From the NCBI GenBank assembly GCA_965208105.1, contig OZ242318.1, positions 2,080,001 through 2,144,000 on the forward strand: 64,000 bases of DNA, read 5' to 3'. The first letter of the stretch is position 1; each line of letters starts with the position of its first letter. The DNA is from Candidatus Latescibacterota bacterium. Its GTDB lineage: Bacteria; Latescibacterota; UBA2968; UBA8231. The notes under the pieces are model-generated. The model made no database searches, had not been told where the DNA came from, and saw only the letters and a program-made list of their open reading frames with translations. This document shows positions 41,401 through 50,428 of this stretch, in pieces. The position numbers and the translations under genes are program-made.

Positions 41401-41534
41401 GAAAGGCAGGCACTCACCGGTTGCCCTGGGACGGCCGGGATGATCAGGGACGCCCGGTTGCTACCGGCGTCTATTTGTGTCGCCTGGTGACCGTCGATGG
41501 GGTGCAGACGCGCAAGCTGTCCCTGCTACGGTAA
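38451..41534 (+). CDS. Secreted multidomain protein: metzincin protease, WD40 propeller, LRR, Big-1 Ig, dockerin/EF-hand, T9SS-A/FlgD CTD
   Basis: HELGHAFGLKH...IMSY; about seven AFSPDG..LA..S...I.LWD units; LDLRNREIRDLLGLE; GDFNGDG/DLDGNG; LHQNTPNPFNSQTVI...WDGRDDQG...GVYLCRL. Confidence 0.9.
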   Translation: MRNFTPILSLVLWSLSWPAFSLAENPHFHQPLDPERLERLLQHAAAKPALQDAGEPRTVRMIYFLSDPQGFRQEVVDRMKTTIREVQRIFADQIRAHGFEETTFRYEKDAQDEPMVHLIYGTGGHYDPWRALGRIHQEFDLNANVYFIVLGSEEDLPSRNTIGGLGQQYTRTGGWAMLRQDLFPDFVASAAHELGHAFGLKHNFNDGEYIMSYGPGQNRLSELSAGHLAVHPYFNPASPTDQEWYTELPTGQVVSSRTYPTDATSVPIRLEFSDPDGLQQVSLLVTTPESHFSAGFFELKTGRLLRGATEAVVDFEYDGIIPSDRDSTSLSALLTHRIEFEVVDMLGNIGRIGLSLLHESTHKLVIPLDRRERIGAYGVTYSPDGKILASGLENQTVALWNAETGEHLTTLARYEGMVWSLAFSPDGTVLATGTWEGTIKLWDTATWTEIVTLRHGGEAGRIYSLAFSPDGRTLASALTDEWTSPANTIKLWEVSTWAEVAELKGHEYGVRTVAFSPDGGTLASGAFDGTIRLWDVATGAQVGYIPYEAAVTSVAFSPDGKTLVSGAFNNMVAFWDVEQRTFKAQFEVARQNLLRYVSFTSDGGKVVSATQGGAIELWEADLQAGRIERVAAFQAASGDQLYNTSGAFSPDGTILATALGNWGQGDYTIILWDLSPYVTPVVHVADFNLKAAVREVLGKSDFGPLFREDMERLTTLDLRNREIRDLLGLEWATRLTRLDLRGNPLNTSALSAYIPALEARGVEVLFPPTPLVVAKLSDDGQQARSGRRVQDPLVVEVLDQNGRLLPGVVVEFSVTEGEGSLSASTDTTDAMGRASTVLTIGEGTGTLTVAVRVNGLDPEVFTVTAFPMGDFNGDGVTSYDDFFLFAKAFGSSDPRFDLDGNGKVGISDFFIFADHFEQGPRSKLVALARELIGLPESATLHQNTPNPFNSQTVISWFQPVPGTARLEVFSLAGQRIAVLSRGIRKAGTHRLPWDGRDDQGRPVATGVYLCRLVTVDGVQTRKLSLLR

Positions 41535-41585
41535 AATCGATAACCTTTGGAAGTTTAACGATCCCTGCTTGAAGAGGAAGGGCTT

Positions 41586-42146
41586 GTGAGTTTCCGAGGA
41601 AGAGCAGCCATACTACCTCAACAAGGGGAAAGAGGACCTGATAGGTTCCTGAACCAGCTCTGGAGCCGGCTTTTCAGTATGTTGCTGATTGTAGGGTTCA
41701 TCGGGATTTTGGTAGGGTCTCTGCCCGGCCAGGAATTACACAAAGACCATGTATTGGGAGACCTGGAGCTCGTGGAAGGCAGTATGCGGCTCGAATATAC
41801 AGGGTACACGAATGGGAATCACCGATTTTTCTGCTCTGCGCGGCTGGTCAACAAAACCAATGCGGTCGTTCAATGGGTCCGCGGAACTTTGATTTTATTC
41901 AGAACAGATGGGAAGAAGATGTGGTCCGAGGTCTGGGTAAACGAACCCGTCGACCAGGAACTTGCTCCAGGAGAGACCCTGCCATTCCATCTGGATTTTT
42001 CTGTCCCCCCGGAGGCGGTCGGGAGAGGGGGCATTCCCACTCCCCTGAAGTACTCTACCGTTTTCTGGTTTTGGCCTGTGCGATGGGTGAACCCCACATC
42101 CGTTGCCTCCACCAGTTGGGGAAGGCTGAAAGGAGCGGTCAAGTGA
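41586..42146 (+). CDS. Secreted FxLYD-like Ig-fold protein with SWG tail (start may be 41679)
   Basis: Hydrophobic signal; LAPGET; ends TSVASTSWGRLKGAVK. Confidence 0.7.
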   Translation: MSFRGRAAILPQQGERGPDRFLNQLWSRLFSMLLIVGFIGILVGSLPGQELHKDHVLGDLELVEGSMRLEYTGYTNGNHRFFCSARLVNKTNAVVQWVRGTLILFRTDGKKMWSEVWVNEPVDQELAPGETLPFHLDFSVPPEAVGRGGIPTPLKYSTVFWFWPVRWVNPTSVASTSWGRLKGAVK

Positions 42147-42256
42147 TGATGAGTTTGAATTGCCGAATGATGATATTGACGGCTTCGGTCCTTATAGTGT
42201 GGAAACTGTCCCGGAGCGAACCTTATGTACTCTTGGTTTTCTTGTTCTTCATGTGG

Positions 42257-42898
42257 GGTAGTGTCTCAGTTTGAAATTGGCCTATGGGTTAGGCAATAGC
42301 AAAGTGGCAAAGACCTTTACTATTTTCTTATTCCTGGTTTCTTGGAACAGCGTCCAAGGAGAGGAATGGAACGGCCTAAACGTGGCCCCAGAGGATAGAT
42401 GCAGTCGGTATGACCGCAGAGACTATCCGTATCCACAATCAATTGAGCTTGCCCTCATTGAGCGCGACGGCCTTATTTCTCGCTACACAGGGCGGGTTTT
42501 CGCATCGCGTGATTCGTCAAATATAGAGCATATCGTAGCCACCAGTGAGGCCCATGATTCGGGCCTATGTGCCGCCTCCGATTCGACGAAGAGGGCATTT
42601 AGTCGCGACTTGCTCAACTTGGCACTGGCCAGTCCACAATTAAACCGCTATGAAAAGAGAGATAAAGACGCGGCTGACTGGCTTCCGCCTCTAAATCAAT
42701 GCTGGTTCGTCCAGACCATCATAGCGGTGAAACAGAAGTACATGTTGACCGTATACGAAGCGGAGCGTGACGCATTGCAAGCCGTCTTGGACGAGTGCTC
42801 CGCCACCACTACAAGCTTTAATAGCTGGGGTCGCCTAAAAGCATGGTTCAGACGCTTGATGCCAAACCCATAGGCCAATTTCAAACTGAGACACTACC
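42257..42898. mobile_element. Non-autonomous IS1-end cassette
   Basis: Perfect 34-bp IRs GGTAGTGTCTCAGTTTGAAATTGGCCTATGGGTT; first 22 bp identical to the IS1-family end at 57466. Confidence 0.85.
42271..42873 (+). CDS. Secreted HNH (DUF1524-like) nuclease with SWG tail (start may be 42304)
   Basis: IEHIVATSEAHDSG, NLALA...LNRYEKRDKDAADWLP, VKQKY; ends TTTSFNSWGRLKAWF. Confidence 0.8.
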   Translation: MKLAYGLGNSKVAKTFTIFLFLVSWNSVQGEEWNGLNVAPEDRCSRYDRRDYPYPQSIELALIERDGLISRYTGRVFASRDSSNIEHIVATSEAHDSGLCAASDSTKRAFSRDLLNLALASPQLNRYEKRDKDAADWLPPLNQCWFVQTIIAVKQKYMLTVYEAERDALQAVLDECSATTTSFNSWGRLKAWFRRLMPNP

Positions 42899-42934
42899 AG
42901 GAAGAATGTCTCCCACCCAAGGAAGGATGAATTT

Positions 42935-43657
42935 ATGATCAGACGTTGTTTTATTTTCGTCGTATTTGTAGCAATCACGCCGCTTTTCGCCCACCAGATG
43001 GAAGATGTAGTTTACCTGAAGAATGGAAGCATCGTTCGGGGCACTATCGTCGAGGAGGTTCAGGGCAGATCGCTGAAGATCCAGATGCAAGACGGCAGCG
43101 TATTCGCATATGAGGAACACGAGATCGCCAGAATCGGAAGGAAGCCTGCGGCGAGGACGGTAGAGGGGGACAATGGGATCGAAATCGGCACGTTATTCGG
43201 GTTCTTTGATCTCTCTGGAGGTGGAGGAACTATGATTGGAGCGCCAGGTGGAGGGTTAATAGGTGATTTGATTGGAGTCCCCTCACTTTACGTTATGTGG
43301 TTTTCGGATAAGAAGCTGTCCCTTGGGCCGGAATTCAATCTTATTCGTATGTCAGACAGAGGAAATTTAACTTCCCTATATTTGGGGGGTCGAATTTCAG
43401 TTTTCCGCAAAACCAATGCGGTGTCCGGTGCCTACATGTCGGGACAGGTTGCTCTACGTCACCTGAGGGTTGAAAACTCTGTGGGTCTGGACGATTCCGA
43501 CACCGATTTCTCCATGGGAGCCGGTCTGGGTTATCAGTGGCGCATTAGATCTGCATTTGTCCTAGGGATGGAAGGCCGGTATGGACGATGGTTTGAGGAA
43601 CAGGTTAATGTATTCTCGCTCCTTCTCAGGATGAGTACCCGGCTTGGAGGAAGGTAG
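42935..43657 (+). CDS. Outer-membrane beta-barrel protein
   Basis: Signal, EDVVYLKNGSIVRGTIVE N-domain, GAGLGYQW...EGRY strands. Confidence 0.7.
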   Translation: MIRRCFIFVVFVAITPLFAHQMEDVVYLKNGSIVRGTIVEEVQGRSLKIQMQDGSVFAYEEHEIARIGRKPAARTVEGDNGIEIGTLFGFFDLSGGGGTMIGAPGGGLIGDLIGVPSLYVMWFSDKKLSLGPEFNLIRMSDRGNLTSLYLGGRISVFRKTNAVSGAYMSGQVALRHLRVENSVGLDDSDTDFSMGAGLGYQWRIRSAFVLGMEGRYGRWFEEQVNVFSLLLRMSTRLGGR

Positions 43658-43675
43658 ACAATTTCAAATCGTCCC

Positions 43676-46375
43676 ATGGCCAATCTCCGCGAAGAAACCC
43701 TGAACACCCATCTTGCCCTGCTGCTCGACCAGTATGACGGGATCTCCGCGACCGCGGAGCGCCGTTCCGGACAACAAGCGATTGACATAACGGTGACTCA
43801 CGAGCACGCGACCGCCGCTATACCCATCTTCATAGAAGCCAAAGTGGGCGATTCCCCGTCCAAGCGCCGGGCGGCCGAGAAGCAGGCGCGTAAACGATTA
43901 TCTCCCCGGCCACGTGCGCTCGCTTGGGGCCTTTGTTATCCGGTCCACCTGCAGGACGGCTCGATCTCGGCTCGAGCTACCCAAAAGGCTCTCGCCAAAG
44001 CAGAGATTGCCTTCGCGCCCGTGTCGCGCTTGCCTCAGACCCTTTCCTGGCGCAAAGGCACGGTTGCCGACCTGGCCGACGAGCTGCTGAACTCCGAATT
44101 GTCCCAAAAGCACGTGGCCGATGCCATTGAGTACACCGTCCACAAGGCGGCGGAGATACTCTTCAGCGCCGGATCGGCTCCCGCCCTCGCCGAGGCCCTG
44201 GCCCTCCCCAAAACGTCTAAGGAGCTTCGCGCAGCGGCTCTCATCGCGTCGCTGATGTTGTCCAACGCGGCCCTGCTCCACCACCGTCTGCGGCTCGTGG
44301 AGCATCTCAGCCATATCGTTTCCCTTAAAGAAACCCTCCTGCATCCTCCGATCTTCGATCAAGAGGACATGGCGCCGAAGGCCCTCCAGGCGGCCTGGGA
44401 GGCCATACTCCGCATTGACTACCATCCTGTCTTTGTCCCGGCTCTGGCCGTTTTGAAGGTCCTGGCCGACGAGCTGGCTTCGTTGCGCTTCGACCATGCC
44501 GGCCCGCTCTATCACCGGCTGCTGGCCTCCGCCAAATACGACGGTTCCTTCTATACGAACAATGTGTCGGCGCTACTGCTGGCAAGGCTGGCGCTCAACG
44601 AAGGCGCGGCCGAATGGCAGGACGCCAACGCGATAGCCAAGCTCAAGGTGATCGACCCGGCCTGCGGCACGGGGACGCTGCTGATGGCGGCAATGCACAC
44701 CATGCGCGACCGCCACCAGCGCACTGCGGAGACGGATCTCGACCTGCTGCACCTGGCCCTGGTGGAAGACGTGCTGCATGGTTTCGACATCAATCGCCAC
44801 GGCATTCAGCTGGCCGCCTGCAATTTGACCCTGGGAAATCCTCGGGTCGATTATTCGCGTATGAACCTGTTTACGATGAAACACGGCCCCCTGCCCGACG
44901 ACGGGACCACCAAAGCCGGGTCCCTGGAGCTGCTAGCGACGGCCAGAGACGAAACAGACGTGGCCAGCCTCACGTCACCGCTGCCGACGACAGGTGCTCT
45001 GGGCGCGGAGCACATCGAGGCGGGAGGGGCGGGACCGACCGAAAAGCTCCTCGGGGAGTTCGACCTGGTCATTATGAATCCGCCCTTCACCCGGAACGAT
45101 ATCCGCAACCGCCAATACGACAAACGCGCTCGCCGAGCTGTCCAAAAGCGGGAAATTCAAATCGCCCAATCCGTCAAAACCTGGGAAAACGAACTGGCGT
45201 TCAAGGCTATCGACCAGACGAGTGTGAGGACATTTTTCTCCCCCCTGGCTGACGTACTGTTAAAGGAAAAAGGCGCTGGACTGGCGGAGGTTGTACCGAC
45301 GACGGCTTTGACCAGCTCCTCGGGCATTCCGGAGAGGCAATTCCTTGCCCATCGCTTTCAGATCGAGACCATCGTCACCAGCCATGACCCGACGTGCATC
45401 AACTTCTCGGAGAACACGAGCATCCACGAATCGCTGATGATCGCTCGGCGCCCAGAAGCCGAACGCAAGCCCACGCGGTTTATTTCGCTCGCCCGGATGC
45501 CCCGTGACGCCCACGAGGCGCTGCAGCTTGCCGATGTAATCAATGGAGACCAGCCGCTCGACGATTGGGGCACCCAACATCAGTGGCCGTGGCCGCGCAT
45601 TCGCGAAGGCGACTGGAGCGCCGCGCAATTCTATGATGGAACGCTCGCTCATGCCGTCCGCGACCTTGAAGCCCTGGCCGGAACAACGCTCAGGGCGGCC
45701 GGGGAGCTATGCCATATCGAGCCGGAAGGGCGGAGAGTTCGCGATGCTTTCCAGCGCGATCCGCCCAAAAACGCGCCATGGACTGCGCCTATTCTTTGGG
45801 ATCACTCGACGGATATTCAGGTGTCGATGGAAGCTGAACCTGACGTTGTGGGTGCTCCCAAGCCCGGCAAGGAGGACTACGCGCGGGGGAGGCTCACCGG
45901 GAAAGCCAGCCGGTTGCTGGTCGCTAGCCGGCTACGAACGAACCTGGTGCGTATCGCGGCGTGTTACGCGGCAGTGCCTCTGCTGGGTTCGGCCTGGGTT
46001 CCGGTGCGGCCCATAGCGCCGGATCTCACCTTTGAGCAAGCCCTCTGCGCATGGTGGAATTCCACGCCTGGCATTCTCACACTGCTACATTGCCGGGCCA
46101 AAGCTCTGGACTATCCACGGTACGCCCTCGAATCGCTCCGCTCCTTGCTCGTCCCGGATCCAAAGCGTGTCGATCTCGCGCCCCTAATGGACGCCTTCGC
46201 CCAAACTCGCGCGGAAACGCTACTGCCCTGGCCGCACATGCACGAATGCCCGGCCCGCGCCGTCCTCGATCAGGCCACCGCGCAGGTCCTTGGCATCGAC
46301 GGCCGCCTGGTCGCCAGCTGGCGTGAGCGTATCGCCGGCGAACCCACGGTATGCAATCGCCGGCCCTTAAAATAA
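43676..46375 (+). CDS. Fused restriction-modification protein (type IIG/IIC-like, N6-adenine MTase)
   Basis: N-terminal IDI...IEAK PD-(D/E)xK-like motif; GSFYT, DPACGTGTLL, MNPPF; C-terminal TRD-like region. Confidence 0.85.
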   Translation: MANLREETLNTHLALLLDQYDGISATAERRSGQQAIDITVTHEHATAAIPIFIEAKVGDSPSKRRAAEKQARKRLSPRPRALAWGLCYPVHLQDGSISARATQKALAKAEIAFAPVSRLPQTLSWRKGTVADLADELLNSELSQKHVADAIEYTVHKAAEILFSAGSAPALAEALALPKTSKELRAAALIASLMLSNAALLHHRLRLVEHLSHIVSLKETLLHPPIFDQEDMAPKALQAAWEAILRIDYHPVFVPALAVLKVLADELASLRFDHAGPLYHRLLASAKYDGSFYTNNVSALLLARLALNEGAAEWQDANAIAKLKVIDPACGTGTLLMAAMHTMRDRHQRTAETDLDLLHLALVEDVLHGFDINRHGIQLAACNLTLGNPRVDYSRMNLFTMKHGPLPDDGTTKAGSLELLATARDETDVASLTSPLPTTGALGAEHIEAGGAGPTEKLLGEFDLVIMNPPFTRNDIRNRQYDKRARRAVQKREIQIAQSVKTWENELAFKAIDQTSVRTFFSPLADVLLKEKGAGLAEVVPTTALTSSSGIPERQFLAHRFQIETIVTSHDPTCINFSENTSIHESLMIARRPEAERKPTRFISLARMPRDAHEALQLADVINGDQPLDDWGTQHQWPWPRIREGDWSAAQFYDGTLAHAVRDLEALAGTTLRAAGELCHIEPEGRRVRDAFQRDPPKNAPWTAPILWDHSTDIQVSMEAEPDVVGAPKPGKEDYARGRLTGKASRLLVASRLRTNLVRIAACYAAVPLLGSAWVPVRPIAPDLTFEQALCAWWNSTPGILTLLHCRAKALDYPRYALESLRSLLVPDPKRVDLAPLMDAFAQTRAETLLPWPHMHECPARAVLDQATAQVLGIDGRLVASWRERIAGEPTVCNRRPLK

Positions 46376-46496
46376 ATTGACACAGCCCACTGATGGTTAA
46401 TTATATTGGGTGCGATATTGGAAGGAGGAACATGTCAGGCAGGGTGGCGGTGGCCGGAAGCTATGCTTGGAGTGCTTGGATCATAGAGGTTGAATC

Positions 46497-46871
46497 ATGC
46501 CAAATTATTGGTTGGTAAGTGCTACTTTAGACCGAGAACCGTACGCACAATTATGGGTCCCTAATGGAGTATGGATGGTGTGGTATAGTGAAAATGAAGG
46601 CATTGACTTTTACAAAATGGCTAAAAGGATAAGGCCGGGAGATCGTTTTGCCCTAAAAAGTCAAAATATCCATGAGGAGGTGTTGATCATTCAGCATCTA
46701 GGTATAGTTAAGGAAATATTGACGGTAGAATCCTATATGGCCGCATTTGCCGTAGATTGGCTTCAGGAAAATTTAAATCGCGCCATTCCAATCAAAGGAA
46801 TTCAGAGTTCCTGGAGACTGTATGGCATTCCAGAGGGTCACCCTCGAATCCAGGAAATTTTCCATCTTTAG
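46497..46871 (+). CDS. AT-rich hypothetical protein, EVE/PUA-like defence-associated domain suspected
   Basis: NYWLV...IRPGDRFALK...LGIV...VDW pattern; AGAGG RBS. Confidence 0.5.
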   Translation: MPNYWLVSATLDREPYAQLWVPNGVWMVWYSENEGIDFYKMAKRIRPGDRFALKSQNIHEEVLIIQHLGIVKEILTVESYMAAFAVDWLQENLNRAIPIKGIQSSWRLYGIPEGHPRIQEIFHL

Positions 46872-47435
46872 GAAAATGCGGTGGTCACATGGCCTCTCCT
46901 TTCATCCCAGCATCAATTATTGCATCGACATAAATTTCCATATTCCCTCTCCCACATAATTCCCAAAAAACGCGGCCCGGATGTATCTAAGGCCGTGTTT
47001 TTGCAGCTGAAGATTCCTGATTTGGGGTCCGCAAGCTACGGGGAAGGTTCCAAAGGCTACTAAGAGGCCATAATCAGATCTACCTGGGGAGATTTTTTAC
47101 AGCGAATTCATCTCAGAGGACTTTAACACCCCGGTCCCCCGGCAATGATGCGACGGGTAGGATTAGGAACCGTGTTTCCCGTATTGCTCCAGGCCCATGC
47201 GGATCAGCCGCATGGCTGTTCTCGACATCGAGCGATCTTCCTCCTTGGCAATCTTGACAATCCGATTATAGGTCTCCGTCTCGATCATGAGATACAACTT
47301 TTTGGTTTTGGATTCCTCTTTGGATTGGTCCATCGGTCCCTCCAGTAGAAAATCTTCCGAAAGCGATTCGGCGTTGCTCGTCAGTGCAGGCGCAACCTGC
47401 AGACCAGGGCCCTAGATAATGGCCCTGGTCTCTAC

Positions 47436-48012
47436 TCAAAGTTGCTGGAACAACTGCCGAAGCAGCATATTAGAGGCATACCGCTCGAAGGCGCGCCTGC
47501 GGTATTCAATCCGGCTCTGTAGCCTACTGCTCGGGGTGCTGCGACACCAGGCCCTCGTGATAAAGCCTTGCCCGCAGGAAACTCCCGATCTCGGCGGCGG
47601 GCAGCTCCCACTCGTCGTCCCACAAGGCCACGTACTGGCGCTTGAAGTCGTGGTAGTAGCGGAACACGAAGCGATGGATGCCCACTTCACCTTCCTCGTC
47701 AAAAACGGCAGCCTCCTTGCCGATGGGGTCGCGCAGGTCCTCGTCCATCGGCAGGTCCTGGTCGAGAATGTAGTCAAGCAAGAGCGTCAGGGCGAGTTGC
47801 GACGGCCCCGATCCGCTGTATCCCCACTTGAACCCGGTGGGCGAATGGTTCGCAGACTTTCTGGGATGGCTTGGGGTCCAGGACCTCTCCGTTGGGCCGC
47901 AGGACCTCGACCTCGGGCATACCCTGCCCCTTGACTTCGACCCTGCGGCCTGGCACAGCCACCAGAAGCACCGCAGCGGGCTTTCTACGGTCGTCTGCTC
48001 CGCTCTTCTCAT
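47436..48012 (-). pseudogene. DUF6166-like mobile-element protein, frameshifted
   Basis: NHSPTGFKWGYSGSGPSQLALTLL...YHDFK; N- and C-terminal parts in other frames. Confidence 0.7.
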
Positions 48013-48823
48013 TTCACCTCCTAGTTGAGTGTGGACGTTCCCATCAGGGCGCACAGCCTCTCGCCCTGCCTCACCTTCCCCTCCCAGTGCTCCGCGTGTC
48101 TATCCCAGAGTGCGGCCAGCGCCTCCTGGTAGGCTTTGTCGTCTCCCAGGGCTCTTTTGTTTCTGGCTCGACGGGGCTTCTCTGCGACAGAAGGCAGCCT
48201 GCCTGCGCCTCAGCGCCATATCTGGCCTCTTCCTCATACGACTAACCTCCCTGAGGTGCGCTTGCGCGCCACTCTGGCAGGACCTCGCGCACAACCAGCC
48301 CATAGCGCCTCTCGCAATCCTTTTGCAACACAAACCCCTAGCTGCGCTTACTTCGCCGCACAACCCTATTCGGAGCATCCAGCGAAGCCTGGAAGCACTC
48401 AGCGTCCTTACGAGCCAGGGCCGCCGCATGAGGGTTTCTGCGCGCATGAGCCTCCGCGTAGGGCCCAGCCAGCTCCGCGCCAGCCGCTCCATCTGCTGGT
48501 CGTCCTTGGCCCGTCTCGCGAAAGCTGTCCGCATAGGTCTCTTCCTTTCTGCCGGTAAGGACCCGGCGTAGCGTCATCAGTGCGGTTGCGGTCCGCAGAC
48601 TCAGGGCCCTGGGGTAGTGGCTTTGGTTTCTGCTAAAGCGGAGGTAGCCTGAGCGTCTCCAGCTTATCCATCAGCCGTCGAAGCTCCTCCTGGGTCTGGT
48701 AGTATTCGCCATCCGGTCTCAGGTTGTGGGTCTGCAGGGTAACGAGCACAGGGTTATCCAGGCTCTCGATCCCCTCGCGCTACTCCTTCGCCCTGCGCCG
48801 CACAGCGCTCAGCCTCATTCTCA

Positions 48824-49477
48824 TCATGTCCTCGACCCTTTCTTCGAGTTGTTGTAGGACCACACGGCCTTGCCGGTCCTGGCGCAGAAGCGCAGCCCAT
48901 GCCCCGGACAGCGGATCACGCCATGCTCGTCCGGCTCGATCTCCGATAGGTCCACGGCCCAATGGGGGCATATCTTCGTCCGCAGATCCAGCTGAGCGTC
49001 CTGGTATTCCTCCCGGAGCATCCCCCCAGCCTCGATTCCTGCGATGGGCAGCCCGGCCACGGTCTCAGATATGTCCGCTTCATCTTTCGTATCCAGGTCC
49101 TCCGCTCGAACTTCGACAGCCAAGCCAGGATTTTCCGGTTCTGCTTGGGGTAGTGGTCCGGCTCGCTGCGATACAGGCACAGGTCCTCATATCTTGGTCT
49201 CCTCGCCCTCGGGGACGATCAGCCGTCCCATCAGGGGCGCATGGTAGCAGGCCGTCGGAATAGGCTTTCCGTTGCTGCCGTTGGCCTCCACCCTCGATTT
49301 CAGCGCCTGCGGCTCCGTCAGAAACCGATAGTCCACATGGTAGTGGATCGGCGGAAAGTCCTGGCTCTCGTCCGTGTGAAACGAACCCATCACCGGCCAC
49401 CAGTGCGGGTTGTAATTCGCGCCCGGCGTCCAGATGGCCCGCACACACAGGACCTCGACCTTATCTTCTATCTCCAC
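48824..49477 (-). pseudogene. Rieske-like Cys/His protein split by an in-frame TGA
   Basis: HYHVDYRF in the 5' half; CPH...CPGHGLRF...TG in the 3' half; both ORFs share one frame. Confidence 0.6.
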
Positions 49478-49922
49478 GACTCCCCCCTTTCCACGGCAGC
49501 ACCGGATTGATCTCCTGGCAGTGAAAGCACTCCACGCCTCTGCCTCCGTCCCTGGCAGCCCGTATCCCCGCCAGCGACACGTCGAACCAGCGCATACAGC
49601 CTTTCACGCACTGGAACTTGTTCAGGAACGCCTCTTGCGAGGTCTCCCACACGATGACCTCGATGCTGCCCCTCGGCCTCGCCAGTAGCTCATCCCGGCC
49701 TACCGCGTCGTCGAACTGCGTCATGAACAGAATCAGCGTATCCGGCGTAGGGGCCTGGTAATACACGCCTTCGATACTCCCCGAGATGATCGAGTAATGC
49801 ACCGAAGGACACCACACGCCCGCCGCCTCCATCGAGAGCGCTCCAGGGCAATGCTGATTGTCGCAGTCAGCCCCGGTCCGGATCATCTGCTCTGTGATCG
49901 TGAAGGTGATGTGATTGCTCAA
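49461..49922 (-). CDS. Hypothetical protein, DxxxCPxA paralog 1
   Basis: GGAGG RBS; IRTG...D...CPGA...FD; extra C-terminal CxxxC/CxxC. Confidence 0.65.
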   Translation of the reverse strand: MSNHITFTITEQMIRTGADCDNQHCPGALSMEAAGVWCPSVHYSIISGSIEGVYYQAPTPDTLILFMTQFDDAVGRDELLARPRGSIEVIVWETSQEAFLNKFQCVKGCMRWFDVSLAGIRAARDGGRGVECFHCQEINPVLPWKGGSRGDRR

Positions 49923-50329
49923 GCGGCCACCTCCTTTCCCTGGCGGGGTGTAACTACATTCAGCTTCCGATTCAGCGGCAGCCGCACCGTCGCCACCTTG
50001 TAGGTCGATGGGGCTCCTTGGCTGTCAAACTGGTCGGCCCAACCGATGCCCACGATTCGATGGCAGGTCTCCCCCACCCAGATCACCCGGCCCATCTGCG
50101 CCTGTTCCGTAGCCACGGAAAAATTGCCCTCGCTCCCTGGGTTTGATTGCAGGATGCGTATCCACCGCTCCACCCTCGACAACTGATCGAGCAGGAACGA
50201 TGCCTTCTCGCCCGCGTGCGCCGCCAGATCCATGTCTCCCTGGCGTCGGTGGCGCCGATACTCTCGGAGCACTCGAGCTCGCTCCCCCCGGTAGTAGCGC
50301 CGCAATGGATGTGCCTCTCGTAGCTCCAT
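49919..50329 (-). CDS. Hypothetical phage/plasmid-like protein
   Basis: AAGGAG RBS; stop overlaps next start. Confidence 0.6.
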   Translation of the reverse strand: MELREAHPLRRYYRGERARVLREYRRHRRQGDMDLAAHAGEKASFLLDQLSRVERWIRILQSNPGSEGNFSVATEQAQMGRVIWVGETCHRIVGIGWADQFDSQGAPSTYKVATVRLPLNRKLNVVTPRQGKEVAA

Positions 50330-50428
50330 AGCCTATCTCCTTGTGTGATTGTGTGCGACGGGACGTGAACCCCGGCAGAAGGCTTAACCGCAGAGGAGCC
50401 ATATACGACTCTCTGCGGCCCCTCACCG

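Noticed and set aside
49187-49189. Selenocysteine TGA
   Set aside because: Not in a Cys-like motif, no SECIS-like hairpin recognised, and neighbouring genes are decayed
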